Position numbers and translations under genes: made by a program. A stretch of DNA of 64,000 nucleotides, taken from assembly GCA_964016885.1 (NCBI GenBank), contig OZ024741.1:348006001-348070000 (forward strand), given 5' to 3'. This DNA comes from Eledone cirrhosa (Eukaryota). How positions within the stretch are numbered: position 1 is the first letter of the stretch; each line of letters opens with the position of its first letter. Under the pieces are notes generated by a model that worked only from the letters and a program-made list of their open reading frames with translations, searched no databases and was not told the origin of the DNA. Shown here piece after piece: positions 11,717 through 26,924 of the stretch.

Positions 11717-12395
11717 AGTTTCCAATCATAGCGAGGACTCTGGAAACTTATTTAAAAAATAATTCAGTGGAAAGGAAATAGCGAAGCGTGGACTGAAATC
11801 CTAGCCATTGAGAAAATCACTGCCTCTACGTCTGTGGCGAATTCAAAAAGAATCAATCACGTGACATCGAGGTCAATCAGTGGAAAGCGAGTTGTTAATA
11901 AGACAGCGGCCTGCCTACTACTATAGCAGCAGTCATGGCCAATATTGCTCGACAAATGAATTGGAGATAATTATAAAGAATATATATCTAGTAACATTTA
12001 TATACATACAGATGCATATCAATGCTAGCAAACATATAGGTTTTGTCTGAGTAACATTGTGGTTCAATGCATGGAGTTGCAGAACAATAATATGAGAGAG
12101 GAATTATTTTTTTAATAAGTTTCCAGAGTCCTCGCTATGCCTGTAAACTTACATGAAAATAGACTTTCCTGACGACGGAATGCTTTTTTGTATATTCTTC
12201 GGAAAATATATTTACTCCATTCCAGAAACTAATTAGTTGGAAGTGATATTTAGTAAGTAAGTCAATTTTATAAATTTTTTTATAATTTTATAATTTTCTT
12301 ATCTTACGTCTCTCACATTATTGTTCTGCAACCCCATGCATTGAACAAAACCTATATGTTTGCTAGCATTGATATGCATCTGTATCTATATAAAT
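11713..12395. mobile_element. TA-flanked element with interleaved inverted repeats and an HHR
   Basis: 11713-11765 is inverted at ~12100-12153, and ~12000-12098 is inverted at ~12310-12395. Confidence 0.75.
12163..12244 (+). ncRNA. Type I hammerhead
   Basis: ACTTTC-CTGACGA-C-GGAATG...CATTCC-A-GAAAC-TAATTA-GTT-GGAAGT. Confidence 0.8.
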
Positions 12396-12408
12396 ATATG
12401 TGTGTGTT

Positions 12409-12466
<58 letters not shown>

Positions 12467-12470
<4 letters not shown>

Positions 12471-13258
12471 AGTTAATATGAATTAATATATGATAAACAC
12501 ATATGTGTTTGTATGGTAAAAGACGAAGTTAGCTAGAATGAAATAAACTAAGTCAAATAAATATAGTTTGCCCATCTCGATTTAAAATGATAAATCAATA
12601 AAAACAAACCCATATTGGCAATAACCGTGATACCTGGACAAATTTAAATTTCAAAATCCAAACATGTTCCACAGACAAATCTGAATTTCAAAACCCAAAT
12701 AAGTTTCGCAACGATAGTATAAAAAAAGTGAAAGATTCCAATTATCTGTGTTCATCAACAGGTATCCAGAAAAATAAGGATGTTTCACCTCGAAATATTT
12801 TTGGAGGTCTGATGCACAAGCGCAAATGCACGAGGTTTTCCAGCTCCCTAGCTACCCCATACCCACGGCGCTAGAAATAACAGCCGTTTATATGGGATTA
12901 AAAATTAGCTCAACAAAAGGAGCCGTAATATTATATTGTTGCGAAACTTATTTCGGTTTTGAATTTCAGATTTGTCTGCGGAACAGGTTTGGATTTTGAA
13001 ATGTAAATTTGTCCAGGTATCACAGTTATTGCCAATATGGGTTTGTTTTTATTGATTTATCATTTTAAATCGAGACAGGCAAACTATATTTATTTGAATT
13101 AGTTTATTTCATTCTAGCTAACTTCGTCTTTTACAATACAAACACTTATGTGTTTATCATATATTAATTTATATTAACTTGTATTTCACGGCTCAGAAAT
13201 GCTTCTTTCTTTGAGCTAATTAATTGTAAAGGACTGTTTGAGTTTATAACTCTAAATA
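12467..13258. mobile_element. Fold-back TA-flanked element (same family as 48529-49210)
   Basis: Arms 12467-12712 and 12938-13183 are reverse complements; degenerate TTGATGA...GAAAC on the minus strand. Confidence 0.85.
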
Positions 13259-13260
13259 TA

Positions 13261-13311
<51 letters not shown>

Positions 13312-13387
13312 CGAAGGAAATGTGGTAAGGAACCAGGTGGACCATAACGCACCAAAGTACTCAATACTTGAGGTAGTAGAGTGGGTA

Positions 13388-13498
13388 ATAGGAACCAGTA
13401 AGACCCCGACAGCTGAGCTCAAGCCGTTTCGACGGCTAATTCTGTCCAGAATTAGCCGTCGAAACGGCTTGAGCTCAGCTGTCGGGGTCTTACTGGTT

Positions 13499-13503
<5 letters not shown>
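13388..13503. repeat. Perfect 57 bp-arm hairpin containing the 3' half of an HHR
   Basis: 13388-13444 is the exact reverse complement of 13447-13503 (2 nt loop) and contains GAAAC-GGCTTGAGCTCAGCT-GTC. A related element lies at ~51108-51225. Confidence 0.9.
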
Positions 13504-13596
<93 letters not shown>

Positions 13597-14070
13597 TGTG
13601 TGAGTCAGTGTTAGTGTGTATGTGTGCCAATATATTTTCTTGGGATCGCCGGATTATTCCGAAATTTACAGTGTAGCTTGAGCAGGAAATGAAATTCATG
13701 TTCAGATATATTTAAACATGCGTTACTCTACTGCGAGTTACTTAATGCAGATACAAAACTTTCTTTGAACAAATTACGCAAATCAAACTCATATCGATGT
13801 TACAGAAGCTAGATTGAAATTTGTAATTGAATGTAATCTAAAGCTTGACTGTTTCCAGGAAGGCCCATGTTAATCAATCTGGATTCATACAGAATCAAAC
13901 ATACTTATATTTACATATATCTTTAGTTCCATGGCGTAGACACATAAGCTCTTGTGCATACAGACACCTATAACTACTGATTCCTCCAGCGCACATATTG
14001 ATGCCCTTTCTGCACACACATAATCTCCTAACATAGAAAGCCTTATGTATATATGTGTGTGTGTGTTGTA

Positions 14071-14104
<34 letters not shown>

Positions 14105-14279
14105 CGTGTGTGTGTGTGTGTTTGTGTGTGTGTACACAAATACATATACATATATATAAGCAAAAGGGATATTCAATTTGTTGGTAATTCAACAAATATA
14201 AATGTTTATAACTGATTCAAAGTACTGAAGTATAATATTCAATGATATTAATTCCGTACTGGAAAGGACTGTCTAACTG

Positions 14280-14700
14280 CATTATTTTGATGGTATTTTA
14301 AGAGCTTTGAGAGAGGGTTCCTAAACTGATGTCATATACATTGATTTCAGCAAGGTTTTTGACAGGGTCCACCACGATTTTCTACTGAAAAAACTATCCA
14401 ACATTGGTGTGTCTGGATAGTTACTGCAATGAATCAAGCGTTTCCTGACAATCGGAGGCCAGCATGTAGTCAAATGAGTACAATCAAGGTCAACCAAAGT
14501 CAGTAGTGGTGTCCCACAAGGCAATGTGTTGGGAGCACTTCTTTCAATTAACTATATATAAGATATTACTGACGTCATCAAGCACTGCATCATAAGAATC
14601 TTTGCAGATGATTCCTAGCTCCAAATGATCATCAATGGAATAGGAGTCTGAACATGCCTTAAATAGGATGTATTTGCTGTTATTCAATGAATAGAAAATC
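14280..14700 (+). pseudogene. CR1/L2-group LINE reverse transcriptase fragment
   Basis: Manual translation: DVIYIDFSKVFDRVHHDFLLKKL...SSGVPQGNVLG...IRIFADDS, with internal stops. Confidence 0.85.
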
Positions 14701-14796
14701 ACCAAAATGTAATGCTCGACAATGTTACCACCAGAAGGGAACTAACTTACAGATTAGAAAGGCTCTAGACTAATTAAAATTACATAATAAGATAGA

Positions 14797-14834
14797 AGAA
14801 GGAGGAGGGGGGAGGAGGAGAAGGCGGGGTAGGG

Positions 14835-14883
<49 letters not shown>

Positions 14884-14988
14884 GAGGAGGAGGAGGAGGA
14901 GGAGGAGGAGAAGGAGAAGAAGAAGAAGAAGAAGAAGAAGAAGAAGAAGAAGAAGAAGAAGAAGAAGAAGAAGAAGAAGAAGAAGAAG
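14797..14988. repeat. Compound microsatellite (GAT)n(GAG)n(GAA)n
   Basis: Direct reading. Confidence 0.95.
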
Positions 14989-16288
14989 GGGTTTGCTGTT
15001 TTCTATGTCGAATGACGGCGTATAAGCTATAATTCTTCGCTCGAAGACTAGACGCGTTAATTTAGTTTGTCAACAAATGGACATGAATTCCCCGATGCAG
15101 CTGATATTTACAGATAATGAATTGTATATTGCTAATAGATTAGTTTAAGATTTAAATGACGTGTTATTTTTGTATCAGTTTATTTTAACACGTTACCTAG
15201 ATATCGACAGTATGAATTCTTTTTTTTATTTTAAAACATCTGCTTCATGTGTACGCTTCAGTTTCAGTTTGTTGTACCTATACATACGTTTATGGACAAA
15301 TATTCGCAACCTTAAATAAACAGTTTCCAAAACAGTCACATGCACACTTAATGAATAGTGTTAAAACACGCGAATAACTTTTAATGATTATATGCTTTTA
15401 TATTTCCTTCATCCCTGATAATTTGTTTCACATTTCATTCTAGATTTCAACTCGCTTCTGTTAAAATTCTATTAGAGATTCAACAAATAATAATGTATAT
15501 AAACAACACTATTTGTAATATTTCTAACTAGGACAAATTTACTCTATTCGTTTACACATATTTGTGTATGTATTAAATAAGAAACGAATAGTCTATTTAA
15601 GTATTCGCTTGTTGTTCACATTACTGTGATTTTTGTCTCAGAGTGTTACATCAATTTTAAGTTACTCGCTTCCTACTCAAAACAATTGTTATTATTACAC
15701 AATAAGCATAGGCTCGATTGTTCTTCTTAAAATTGAATCGTCTTTCATGCTTGCATAGTTTCATTTATTTTATTACATGTTAAGAGAAAGGTTTTCATAC
15801 TGAATTCCTACAATCATCTCCTTCTAATTGTCACTATTTCTAAATTACGTACATATGTAAAATCATTCCATTGAGATTTTTTTTTCTCTCACATGTGCTC
15901 TCCCTGTGATTTTGTCCCTGGTTCGCAGCCTCACACTTCTTCATATAATTCGTCTTATTTCTTTGAATACTCTTTATTTCATTCATATCTATCTCCGTAT
16001 CTAGCTAATTACTAAACATACTCTTTTTTTTCTAACTCAGATCAAATGTCTACATCTCCTGGTCATTTACTTATATTCGTCTCTTTTTATATAATCGATA
16101 TTTTTCTTTTCCTGTCGTTTATTGACATATCTCCCGAGCGCCTCTGAATACGGTTCTTTTGTTTATCGATGTACTATCTTCCTATCGCATTTCAAATAGC
16201 CATCTCGTCCTATGGCTCTGATATTAGTTATATCTGGCTTAATGTATCCGACCAATGATGATAGATATATTAAACCACTAGCTTCTTT

Positions 16289-16352
<64 letters not shown>

Positions 16353-16520
16353 TATATATTTGTATATATATATATATATAGATGTGTATAGTGGTAGCTA
16401 TGGTGCTTCCATAGGCGGTAAGGAGGTATGCCAAAATTAGCACTCGATATTCATCAGAGTAGAGTGTAGATATTATAAAGAAAACGAAAAATCAGTGATG
16501 CATCTGGACTTAGTTTATTT

Positions 16521-16611
16521 CGTGTTACACATGTTTCGCCGGCTTGTAGCTCGAGTCATGGTTCTTGTATGCATCTGGCTGATTCTACTTCTGCGGGTTC
16601 TTTCAGACACG
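16521..16611 (-). ncRNA. Hammerhead motif with one extra core base
   Basis: Minus strand: CGTGT-CTGAAAGA-ACCCGC...GCCGGC-GAAAC-ATGT-GTA-ACACG. Confidence 0.6.
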
Positions 16612-16939
16612 GGTGTTTCGTCCGGAGCAAATGTTATCACTGGGGTGTTATCATCAAAACACACCCTCAAAAATCCCTATTTCCACTCTTGTCGTTGGCT
16701 GTTTTTACTCCACGTCATCACAAGTACTGGTCAGTATCTGCAGCCACACGGTTCATCAACCATTTTACGTCTGACACATTTCAATGGAGTCATGCTGGGT
16801 TCAGTACTTCACACGTCTGCTCACGCTTCAGAGTAAGCACACACACATACTAAAATACACACATAAACGCACACATATGCAGACACATACCTATCTATGC
16901 ATACACACACGTACGCCTACATGCGCAGACACACGCACA

Positions 16940-18026
16940 ATGCGTGAAGGTGTAAGTATGAGTGTGTGTGTGTGTGTGTGAGTGTGAGAAGATATGTCTA
17001 TACGTAAATGTGGGGGATAGATGTTATCTCGTGTTAGAACTGGTCTTTGTGTGTGTATGTGTGTGTGTGAGAGAGAATAAGTGGAGGTGTAAGCGCATGT
17101 GTGTGCGTGTGTGTGTGCCTGTGTGTGTGAGAGGGGTTGTAAATATGGGGCTAGATGCTCTATCAAGTTAGCACCCGAGGCACTAACACTTGCTTCCTGA
17201 AGCTCCCATACTTCAGTGACGAAACAACAACAGCCATCCGTACAGCTATCAGACGAGAGGGACTAGATATCCAACTGGCCAACTCAGGTCCTTCTCTACG
17301 CGGAGAGTTAACCAAAAGACACTCCGCCAGACATGACAACCGCTGCAGGCTAGCCAACTGCCCCATCAATGACACATACCTATGCCACAAGGCTTACGTC
17401 GTATACAGACTAGAGTGCGACAAATGCAGCAACTTCTACGTAGGTAGCACCATCAGACCACTCCACATAAGAATAAAAGAACACCTCAATAATAACGCTT
17501 CCTCATTTAAGAAACACCTAGTTAAAGGCAAAAACACTGACAAAACCATAACAGTTAGGATAGAAACTAAGGAAAGAAACCTCGGCAATCTTAGAATTAA
17601 GGAAGCACTAATTATAGACAAAACACAACCACCAATCAATAATAGACTAGAACTGAACACCCAATACATAACACTCACACACACACATACTTACACCTTC
17701 ACGCATTCTCCCACATACTTAAACAGGCATGTATAAAAAAAATATTTTAAAGGGAGACTACTCTTTATCCACCTAACCTTATCTCTTTGATATTAGAGAT
17801 AGAACAGATACTCTATACCATTTCCTGTCAGGATGACTTGGCAAGCTATTTAGAACACAGGTTTAACCGCTTTACTTCCCTCCGAAGAAGAGATATTATC
17901 TCGAAAATTAAGGACATTTAAATAAATCTAAGGTAAATGACTAATTGTCAACAATATCTTTTGCATTTACATTCTTTATTCTATGTCCATACCTGCATTA
18001 TTTTGGCTATATTATACATATACAAA

Positions 18027-18030
<4 letters not shown>
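16940..18030 (+). mobile_element. 3' fragment of a PLE (GIY-YIG ORF 17155-17736) with a short inverted 5' segment
   Basis: LKLPY..C..C..C..C.KAYVVYRLECDKC..FYVGSTIR.L..R.KEH..KEAL.I..P.IN. 16940-16985 is the reverse complement of 17671-17706. Confidence 0.85.
17879..17913 (+). ncRNA. Degenerate minimal hammerhead
   Basis: CCT-CCGAAGA-A-GAGAT-att-ATCTC-GAAA-AT-TA-AGG (U4>C), downstream of the GIY-YIG ORF. Confidence 0.55.
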
Positions 18031-18074
<44 letters not shown>

Positions 18075-18129
18075 TAAACAAATAATGAATAAAACAATGA
18101 AACAGTTCCTTATATTAAACAAAAAAAAG

Positions 18130-18284
18130 TTCATTATTTAACGATCGTTTCTAGGATATATATGTGTTAGAATTGGCATGCATATTCAACAGATCTATGT
18201 ACAAAATTATACAAAATTATACAAACTATCAAGATTAAATATACATACCAAACACACATATACGACGTCTTCAGAAATAATGAA
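18130..18284 (-). ncRNA. Type I hammerhead with 10 bp helix I and >100 nt domain II
   Basis: Minus strand: TTCATTATTT-CTGAAGA-...-GAAAC-GATC-GTT-AAATAATGAA. Confidence 0.75.
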
Positions 18285-18910
18285 ATATATGTATTGATAA
18301 TAACAACAATTCAAAATTTCAGGTCCGTTTGGGAACAAAATTGACCAATGAAAATACAAAAGGTTTTATGCAGTTTGGCGTGTGTATATACATGTAACTA
18401 CCCCGTACACATATTTATACAAAGATGTATGCTCAACATGCATACGCATGCCAAAAAGATGCATGCAAATACAAAATTTCAAGGTTAATGTCTCTGTAAG
18501 TTTATAATGCACAGATAAGATGCGTATAGACACATAAATATGAAATAAGTGTATACACATATTCTCATACTCACACATATCCGTATACTCACACACACGC
18601 GCGCGTATATGCATAAACATACACATAATTACGAACATACATACACACACACACCCCCACACACATATATATATGTGGATATAATATTATCATAAGCACA
18701 TGGATATTAATTCACTCACATAAACACTGCCACACACATTTAGATCAAGATACAGAAATTAGGTGGGAGGGGGGGAGAGGTCAGTATTCAACGGTTTGGG
18801 CAGACTGCTTATTTATAGATGTATCTATAAACTAAGAAATAAAAAATAAAAATTAAAAAGGAAAGAAAAGAAAAAGAAAAAAGAAAAAAGAAATATATCA
18901 AGAAAATATA

Positions 18911-18972
<62 letters not shown>

Positions 18973-19054
18973 CACACATCTACACTTAGAACACACATAC
19001 ACACACATATATAAACATATACATATACACACATACACACATATACACACATAC

Positions 19055-19100
<46 letters not shown>

Positions 19101-19137
19101 GGATTGGACACTACCGTAAACTCTTGGTAGATTTATC

Positions 19138-19213
<76 letters not shown>

Positions 19214-19215
<2 letters not shown>

Positions 19216-21310
19216 GAAGAAACCAAAGAACGCTTACATACTCAAACAGTTTTTATTTGCTTACAATGTTTCATCCATACCGTTTGGTATGATTTATCAG
19301 AGCTTAATAAACACAGTGCTGAGTATAAGCTCTCCACAGCCTGGTCACGCGAACAATCGGAATGTAAAAGAGGGTAAAGATAGGGAGATCAGAGATGGCG
19401 AACAAGGAGGGGGTTCATGTTGGGGTTGTTAAGCACCACAGCTAAATGCCAGCGCACAAGCGGATTCCACAAGATGCTAATTAGAGTAGTCCCACTTTTA
19501 TTTACCACCTTTACGCCACGTCATTATTTGACGATTAAAGGGGGGATTGGCAGTATCGGTAGAGAGTCGGACGCCATGCTTTGACGCATAGTTACGGCCC
19601 TTGCCATTCTGAGTTCAAATCCCGCCGAGGTTAACTTTGCCTTTCATCCTTACGGGGTCGATAAAATAAAGTACCAGTAATGCACTGGGTAATTACTGGC
19701 CTTGTGCCTAAAGTAGAAACAATTATTTGACGACTAAAATGTCATCAACTGATGTGCATTTCTATACACTTAGCGGCGATAAACAAAGTAACATGTTATC
19801 TTGAGCCAGACTTATAAATGTAAGTGGTATGTAGGCTCTTTTATTCTATATAATCTCTGTATATATGCATGTATTTGACCCCACCTAGCGGGCATGCTAG
19901 CGTAACTGGCGGATTTAATGATGGGCACTTTGTGTTATTTAATTCTCTGCTTTGTATAGATTTTTACCCACGTGGATCGCTGACGCCGTTGCCAGACATT
20001 GTTTTTGACGAGTTCGAGACCGGATTGTGTGTGGAGACTTTGGTTGAATTGAATCTGGAACTGGATCATGAACAAATTGTAATTTTCGGCTTGGGATCTT
20101 ATACATCGAGGGGATTTTTGATATATAAATCCAGCATGTAATTCATGTGACTGGATCTGATGTTACGTTTGAGTGATAATTTATATCCAATTATTTTGTA
20201 ATTTTGTATGATCTACATATGTTGTGTTATTTAGACGGATTGGTTTTCTACCGACAATCCCACTTCTATTTAACCGCTACACATTCGGGAAATATGCAAC
20301 CAATTGGTCTAGCCTATACGGTTAAATTACATGTGTAATAAATTTGCCAGTTGGTTTTGCAGTAACTAATATAATAAGATTGCTACAGCTCTATCTTACA
20401 ATAATCCCGATTGCTTATGCATAGCCTGCTTTTTATGTCTTGCCTGTCTACATATTTGTTATACTCAGCTTTATCCTGTAATAACAATAATCTGATTGTT
20501 TATGGCTTGTACGTATGTGATACAAACCTATATGCTTGTGGAGCCGCCATTGGCTACTTGATTCGGGTATCTACCAGTATACCGTGTGTATGTATAACAT
20601 ACACACGGGGATTCTGATTACTGTGGTCTTTCTGGATGTACCGCTAGGACATAATTATAAGTTACGGGGATCCTATCCACTCGTTTTAGTAGGGACCAGC
20701 GCTTAAATTCCTCTGACTTCTTTATGTGCTTAAAAGATTTTTCTTCTTTCCGTTTTTATTTCTTTTTAAAAAAAAGTTTAAAAAAAAATGTTAACTTTAT
20801 TATCTTCCTTTTATTTTTTATTTTTTTATGTTTTTATTTTGTTTATTATTTTATTATTTTATTATTTTATTATTTTATTATTATGTTTTAACCATTGCCT
20901 GTATCTTTTGCGTTTGCTTTTGTGTGCCATCAATTATATCTGCATCTTGTGGAATCCGCTTGTGCACTGGCATTTAGCTGTGGTGCTTAACAACCCCAAC
21001 ATGAACCCCCTCCTTGTTCGCGATCTCCGATTTCCCTATCTTTACCCTCTTTTGCATTCTGATTGTTCACGTGATTAGGCTCAGTAGAGCTTATACTCAG
21101 CACTGTGTTTATTAAGCTCTGATAAATCATACCAGACGGTATGGATGAAACATAGTAAGCAAATAAAAACTGTTTGAGTATGTAACCGTTCTTTGGTTTC
21201 TTGTAAATATAACGGCTCTGTTCTTGTACATTGAGCTGACACAATACTGTCATAATACAACACGGTGCATGCGTGTTTATGCACATATGCTCCGTGCCAT
21301 ACGTAAATAA
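19214..21310. mobile_element. TA-flanked element with ~262 bp terminal inverted arms, each with an HHR
   Basis: 19214-19477 is the reverse complement of 20942-21202. HHR GCT-CTGATAA-ATCATACC..GGTATGGAT-GAAAC-ATW-GTA-AGC at 21116-21160 (+) and 19259-19303 (-). Confidence 0.85.
19540..19727 (+). mobile_element. tRNA-derived SINE, full length
   Basis: Same unit as 1-425 with A/B boxes, nested in the fold-back element. Confidence 0.88.
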
Positions 21311-21682
21311 TTATATATATATATATATATATTACTAAAATGAAATACAGACACGCGCCATATCTCCTGTAATGTAGCCATTAAGTAATTATGTACGAGA
21401 GACTAAAATAATTATCTCATGTCCGGTATCTATCGTTTGATTTTTTTGTTAAACTGCCTATACTGCTCATTTGTAATTAATATGTTCCTACATTCTTTGC
21501 AAATTATCACCTCTGCATTGCTTGATATATCTGTATGTATGTCAGTCGCTCTTGGATTTGTATATATATATATATATGTCTGTGTATATATATTGAGTAT
21601 GTGTTTGTTGTTTATCGACACTTCAGTATGCATGTTGGAGCACTCAACGAAGTGCGCAGGCTGGTTTGTCTACTCCAGAGTA

Positions 21683-22088
21683 ATATAAAATAATAAGTGT
21701 AAGTCAAACATGTTAAAGTTGGCTTCGTTTATTCAAATTCGCTGCTATACATATTTCAGTGACAGCGATTATTGGCTGAGACCTCATCAGGCAATAATAA
21801 TCTAGGCAGAAAAAACAGGAAAACATAATGTTGTAATGGGTTCTACCCTTTTAATTCACCGATATGTCCAGCTCCTAGGTGTGTTCTTAGTCCTCAAAGG
21901 AAATGGAATCATATGGTTCCTTTGTGGACTAGCAACATTACATCATGTTTTTCTGTTTTTTCTGACTAAATTCTTACTGCCTGATGAGGTCACAGGCAAT
22001 AATCTCTATCACTGAGATATATATAGCAGCGAGTTTGAATAAACGAAGCCAACTTTAACATGTTTGACTTATACGTATTAGTTTATAT
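21683..22088. mobile_element. Fold-back element with an HHR on each arm
   Basis: Arms ~21683-21838 and ~21936-22088. Minus HHR 21743-21793: TGC-CTGATGA-GGT..ACT-GAAA-TATGTA-TA-GCA. Plus copy 21977-22029 has GAAA>GAGA. Confidence 0.85.
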
Positions 22089-22139
22089 ATATATATATAC
22101 ACATATATATAAATATGTATATATATATATATATATAAA

Positions 22140-23823
<1,684 letters not shown>

Positions 23824-26800
23824 CTGTGTGTGTGTGTATATATATAATAAGTTGACGAATCCAGCATGGGTTTCACTGCTAGGATCGGGCGGAAGGTTGG
23901 TTGAGTATGTGTTTGTCATTGCTTAGTTGTTTGATACGCATAAGTGTATTTAAAGAACGATGATATTCCTATGGACCTACGTGGTTTACCATATAACTAT
24001 AGATTTATATATGGTTACGTTTGTGTACGATTAGTATGTTTATACATCGGAGTGTTGCTAAGTTGAAGGTGAGTTGCCTTCGTGTAGGTGATTGAATGTT
24101 TTCAGTAAGTTGTTCACATAGGGGAACACTCAATGTAAGTTAATGCGTAATATATCGGTTGTAATGTTCACTCGATATATTATTGTTTACGTATCTTTGT
24201 AGAATTAATTGTAAGAGCATAAGAAAATAGTGTTTGAAAGGGAATGTAAACTTTTGTAGAAGGTTACATTGATTTATTTGTGTGTATTTGATTGCATCTT
24301 CACATGTGTAATTATAAACCTTTTATGTAAACCTATACGCACACATATATGTATACAAATACACATACACACACACACACACACAAGTGTATATATATAT
24401 ATATATATACAGAGAGGGAGAGAGAGAGATAGAGAGAGAGAGTGAGAGAAATTCACACATATATGTGTATGTGTGTGTTTGTGCGTCTGTATGTGTGTGT
24501 ATGTGTGTGTGTGTTTGTGTTTGTGTTTGTAGACATGTGCATGTGCATAAATGTGTCGGCTTGGCTTTTGCTTCAACACTTTACAACTTGAGTCTTGCAT
24601 ATTAGAGCCTTGTTACAGAAATACTAATATTCTTGTTAGAAAGTGTTGATTATTGCCAAACTGCTGCATTCTACTTCTCGTTAGTTTAATGTAAATGAAG
24701 GAAGTGATGGAAACAAAGGATGAGCATTACATTATATATATATAACCTAGACGGAAAACGAAACAAATCATTGAAGAACCAACGTTTAGACTCAACGATA
24801 TGGCAATCAAAGATGGCCGGTTACTGCAATCAATTTTCGATGGCTATGTGAGATGAAACACGGAAGTTATATTTCGAAATATCTTTGGTGTTCACTGAAG
24901 TGTAATGCACTATATGTAATAGTGGATGTTAACTATATTGCGTAAAGTATTTCAGTGTGATTTGAAGTAATTGAATATTGTATCCTTCAATATGGCGTGA
25001 TTTGTCCAGTTATGCCGTGATATGACTGATGTCTCGTAATCTATATTATCACTGAAATAATAGAAACCACGCACGCCAGTTAATGAATCACTCGTCATAT
25101 CGTCAGTGAATTGTTGCAGTGTGCATTGAACTCTTCATAACCCGTTCGGTTCCAGGAGAGTTGAATGTTATGCCCACGCCTAAAATTGTACACGAAATTG
25201 ACGTCTCCTGATTCAAATCCATCCATCCTAATTGACTAGTTTTAGATTGTTGTTCTATTATGATGTCCTTGTTGCTTTAACCGCCACATTAATTCTGTTC
25301 ATAAATATATAATTTTACCTATATTCCAATTTGCAAACTGTGTATTAAAGGAGTAAAATATCTTCCACTAAATTCAAGAGTGTATATAATATTTATTTAC
25401 GTTTCATAGAGAGTGTCGCTTTTGAAGAAGTATAATTGGTGATTAAAGTATTTAGATTATGTGAGCATTGCTGTCTCAATTGAGATCTCTTTTGATATAG
25501 TTGTAATGAAAGGTTTTGTGTATAGCATTTTAGGCGGCATATAGTTCGTTCGCTAGAATATTTGTCAAGGCTCCGCACATGCAAGATAGTTATCCCTTCT
25601 TTCTCGAGTGTTGAAAAAAACATATTCAAATATGTATTATTCCTAAACCATACTTTTATTTAAAATTTCCCTAACATTTGATGTTTAAATTGGTATGTTA
25701 GAATTCGCTTTGCATTTTTTCTAAACGAAACACATTAGCATTTAAAGGAGAAATATGTACTTATGCCTACAAAAGACGTGTGTTTTCACAAATGCATCGG
25801 TTCTATATCGACCTCAACGCTTTGCTCTGATACCGTAGTTAAGACGTTCGCTAACCAGTATGGTTAGCGAACCCGTATGATTTCAGTGAAAGCATAAATG
25901 GGATTTGGATAGAAGTGATAATCGCGACACTGTGGTTGAAAATGAGTATGGTGATGATAAAAGTAAGAAATTGTGACGTTTGAGTTGATGACAGTGATGA
26001 AGGTGAACCATCATCATGTGCAGTCAATGAATACAAACATAGAGGGGATATATATATATATATATATATATATACATGTCCCTCTCTCTCTATATATATA
26101 CACACACACACACACACGCACACACAGAGACGCACACACACACACTCACACATATATATGGTCATAGAATCTTACAGAAACTTTCGCATGTGCATTTAAA
26201 CTTGAATGTTGGTACATACACTTACAATACAAAGGTATTTGTGTGTATGAAGGCACACATATAAATACATACCGCCACGCTACGATATCATTAGTATTTT
26301 CTATAACAGCACATCATCACCATTATCACCAACATGAAGCATATCGATGCAGTTAACATCATGTTCATTGTCACTGCAGATAATATACACATAAATTAAA
26401 GCAAATACAGATATCGCATTCAACATTAATATGAGTTAAATACAGCAACTATATAGATACACACACAAATACAACTGTTTATACACATATACATTCTTAA
26501 CAAACGCTACACCTTATAATGTAACTGACAAATTAGCAGAGTCGTTACAATGCAGAATAAGATGCTTTGCTGCACTTGTTCCGAATCTCTGCCCTACAAG
26601 TTCAAATCCTGCGTCAGTCGATTTTGATTTACATCAGTTTATGGTCTATTATAAAGGACCCTTCTTGTAATGGAGTTGATTCTTCTATAATATTTCTTTC
26701 TCAATTCTTTTCTCTCATTCTCTATCCTTCTCTGAAACAAATTTTCTGTAGTCAGACCCGGAGAAGGAAAAGGCTTCGCCAGGATTTAAAATGCTCTAGT

Positions 26801-26924
26801 AACGGCGTATCTCAATATGGCACCATTATCTCTCCCTCGAGTGTTACGGGTACATGTTGGAATAATAAAATTATACACAGATAAAAATAAAAACGTATAC
26901 ACTCAAACCAGATTCTTTAAAAAT

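Noticed and set aside
14834-15025. Poly-Met/poly-Arg ORF, and the many YI/CV/HT-repeat ORFs elsewhere
   Set aside because: These are translations of microsatellites.
19540-19630. tRNA gene suggested by A/B boxes
   Set aside because: No cloverleaf; it is the head of a multicopy SINE.
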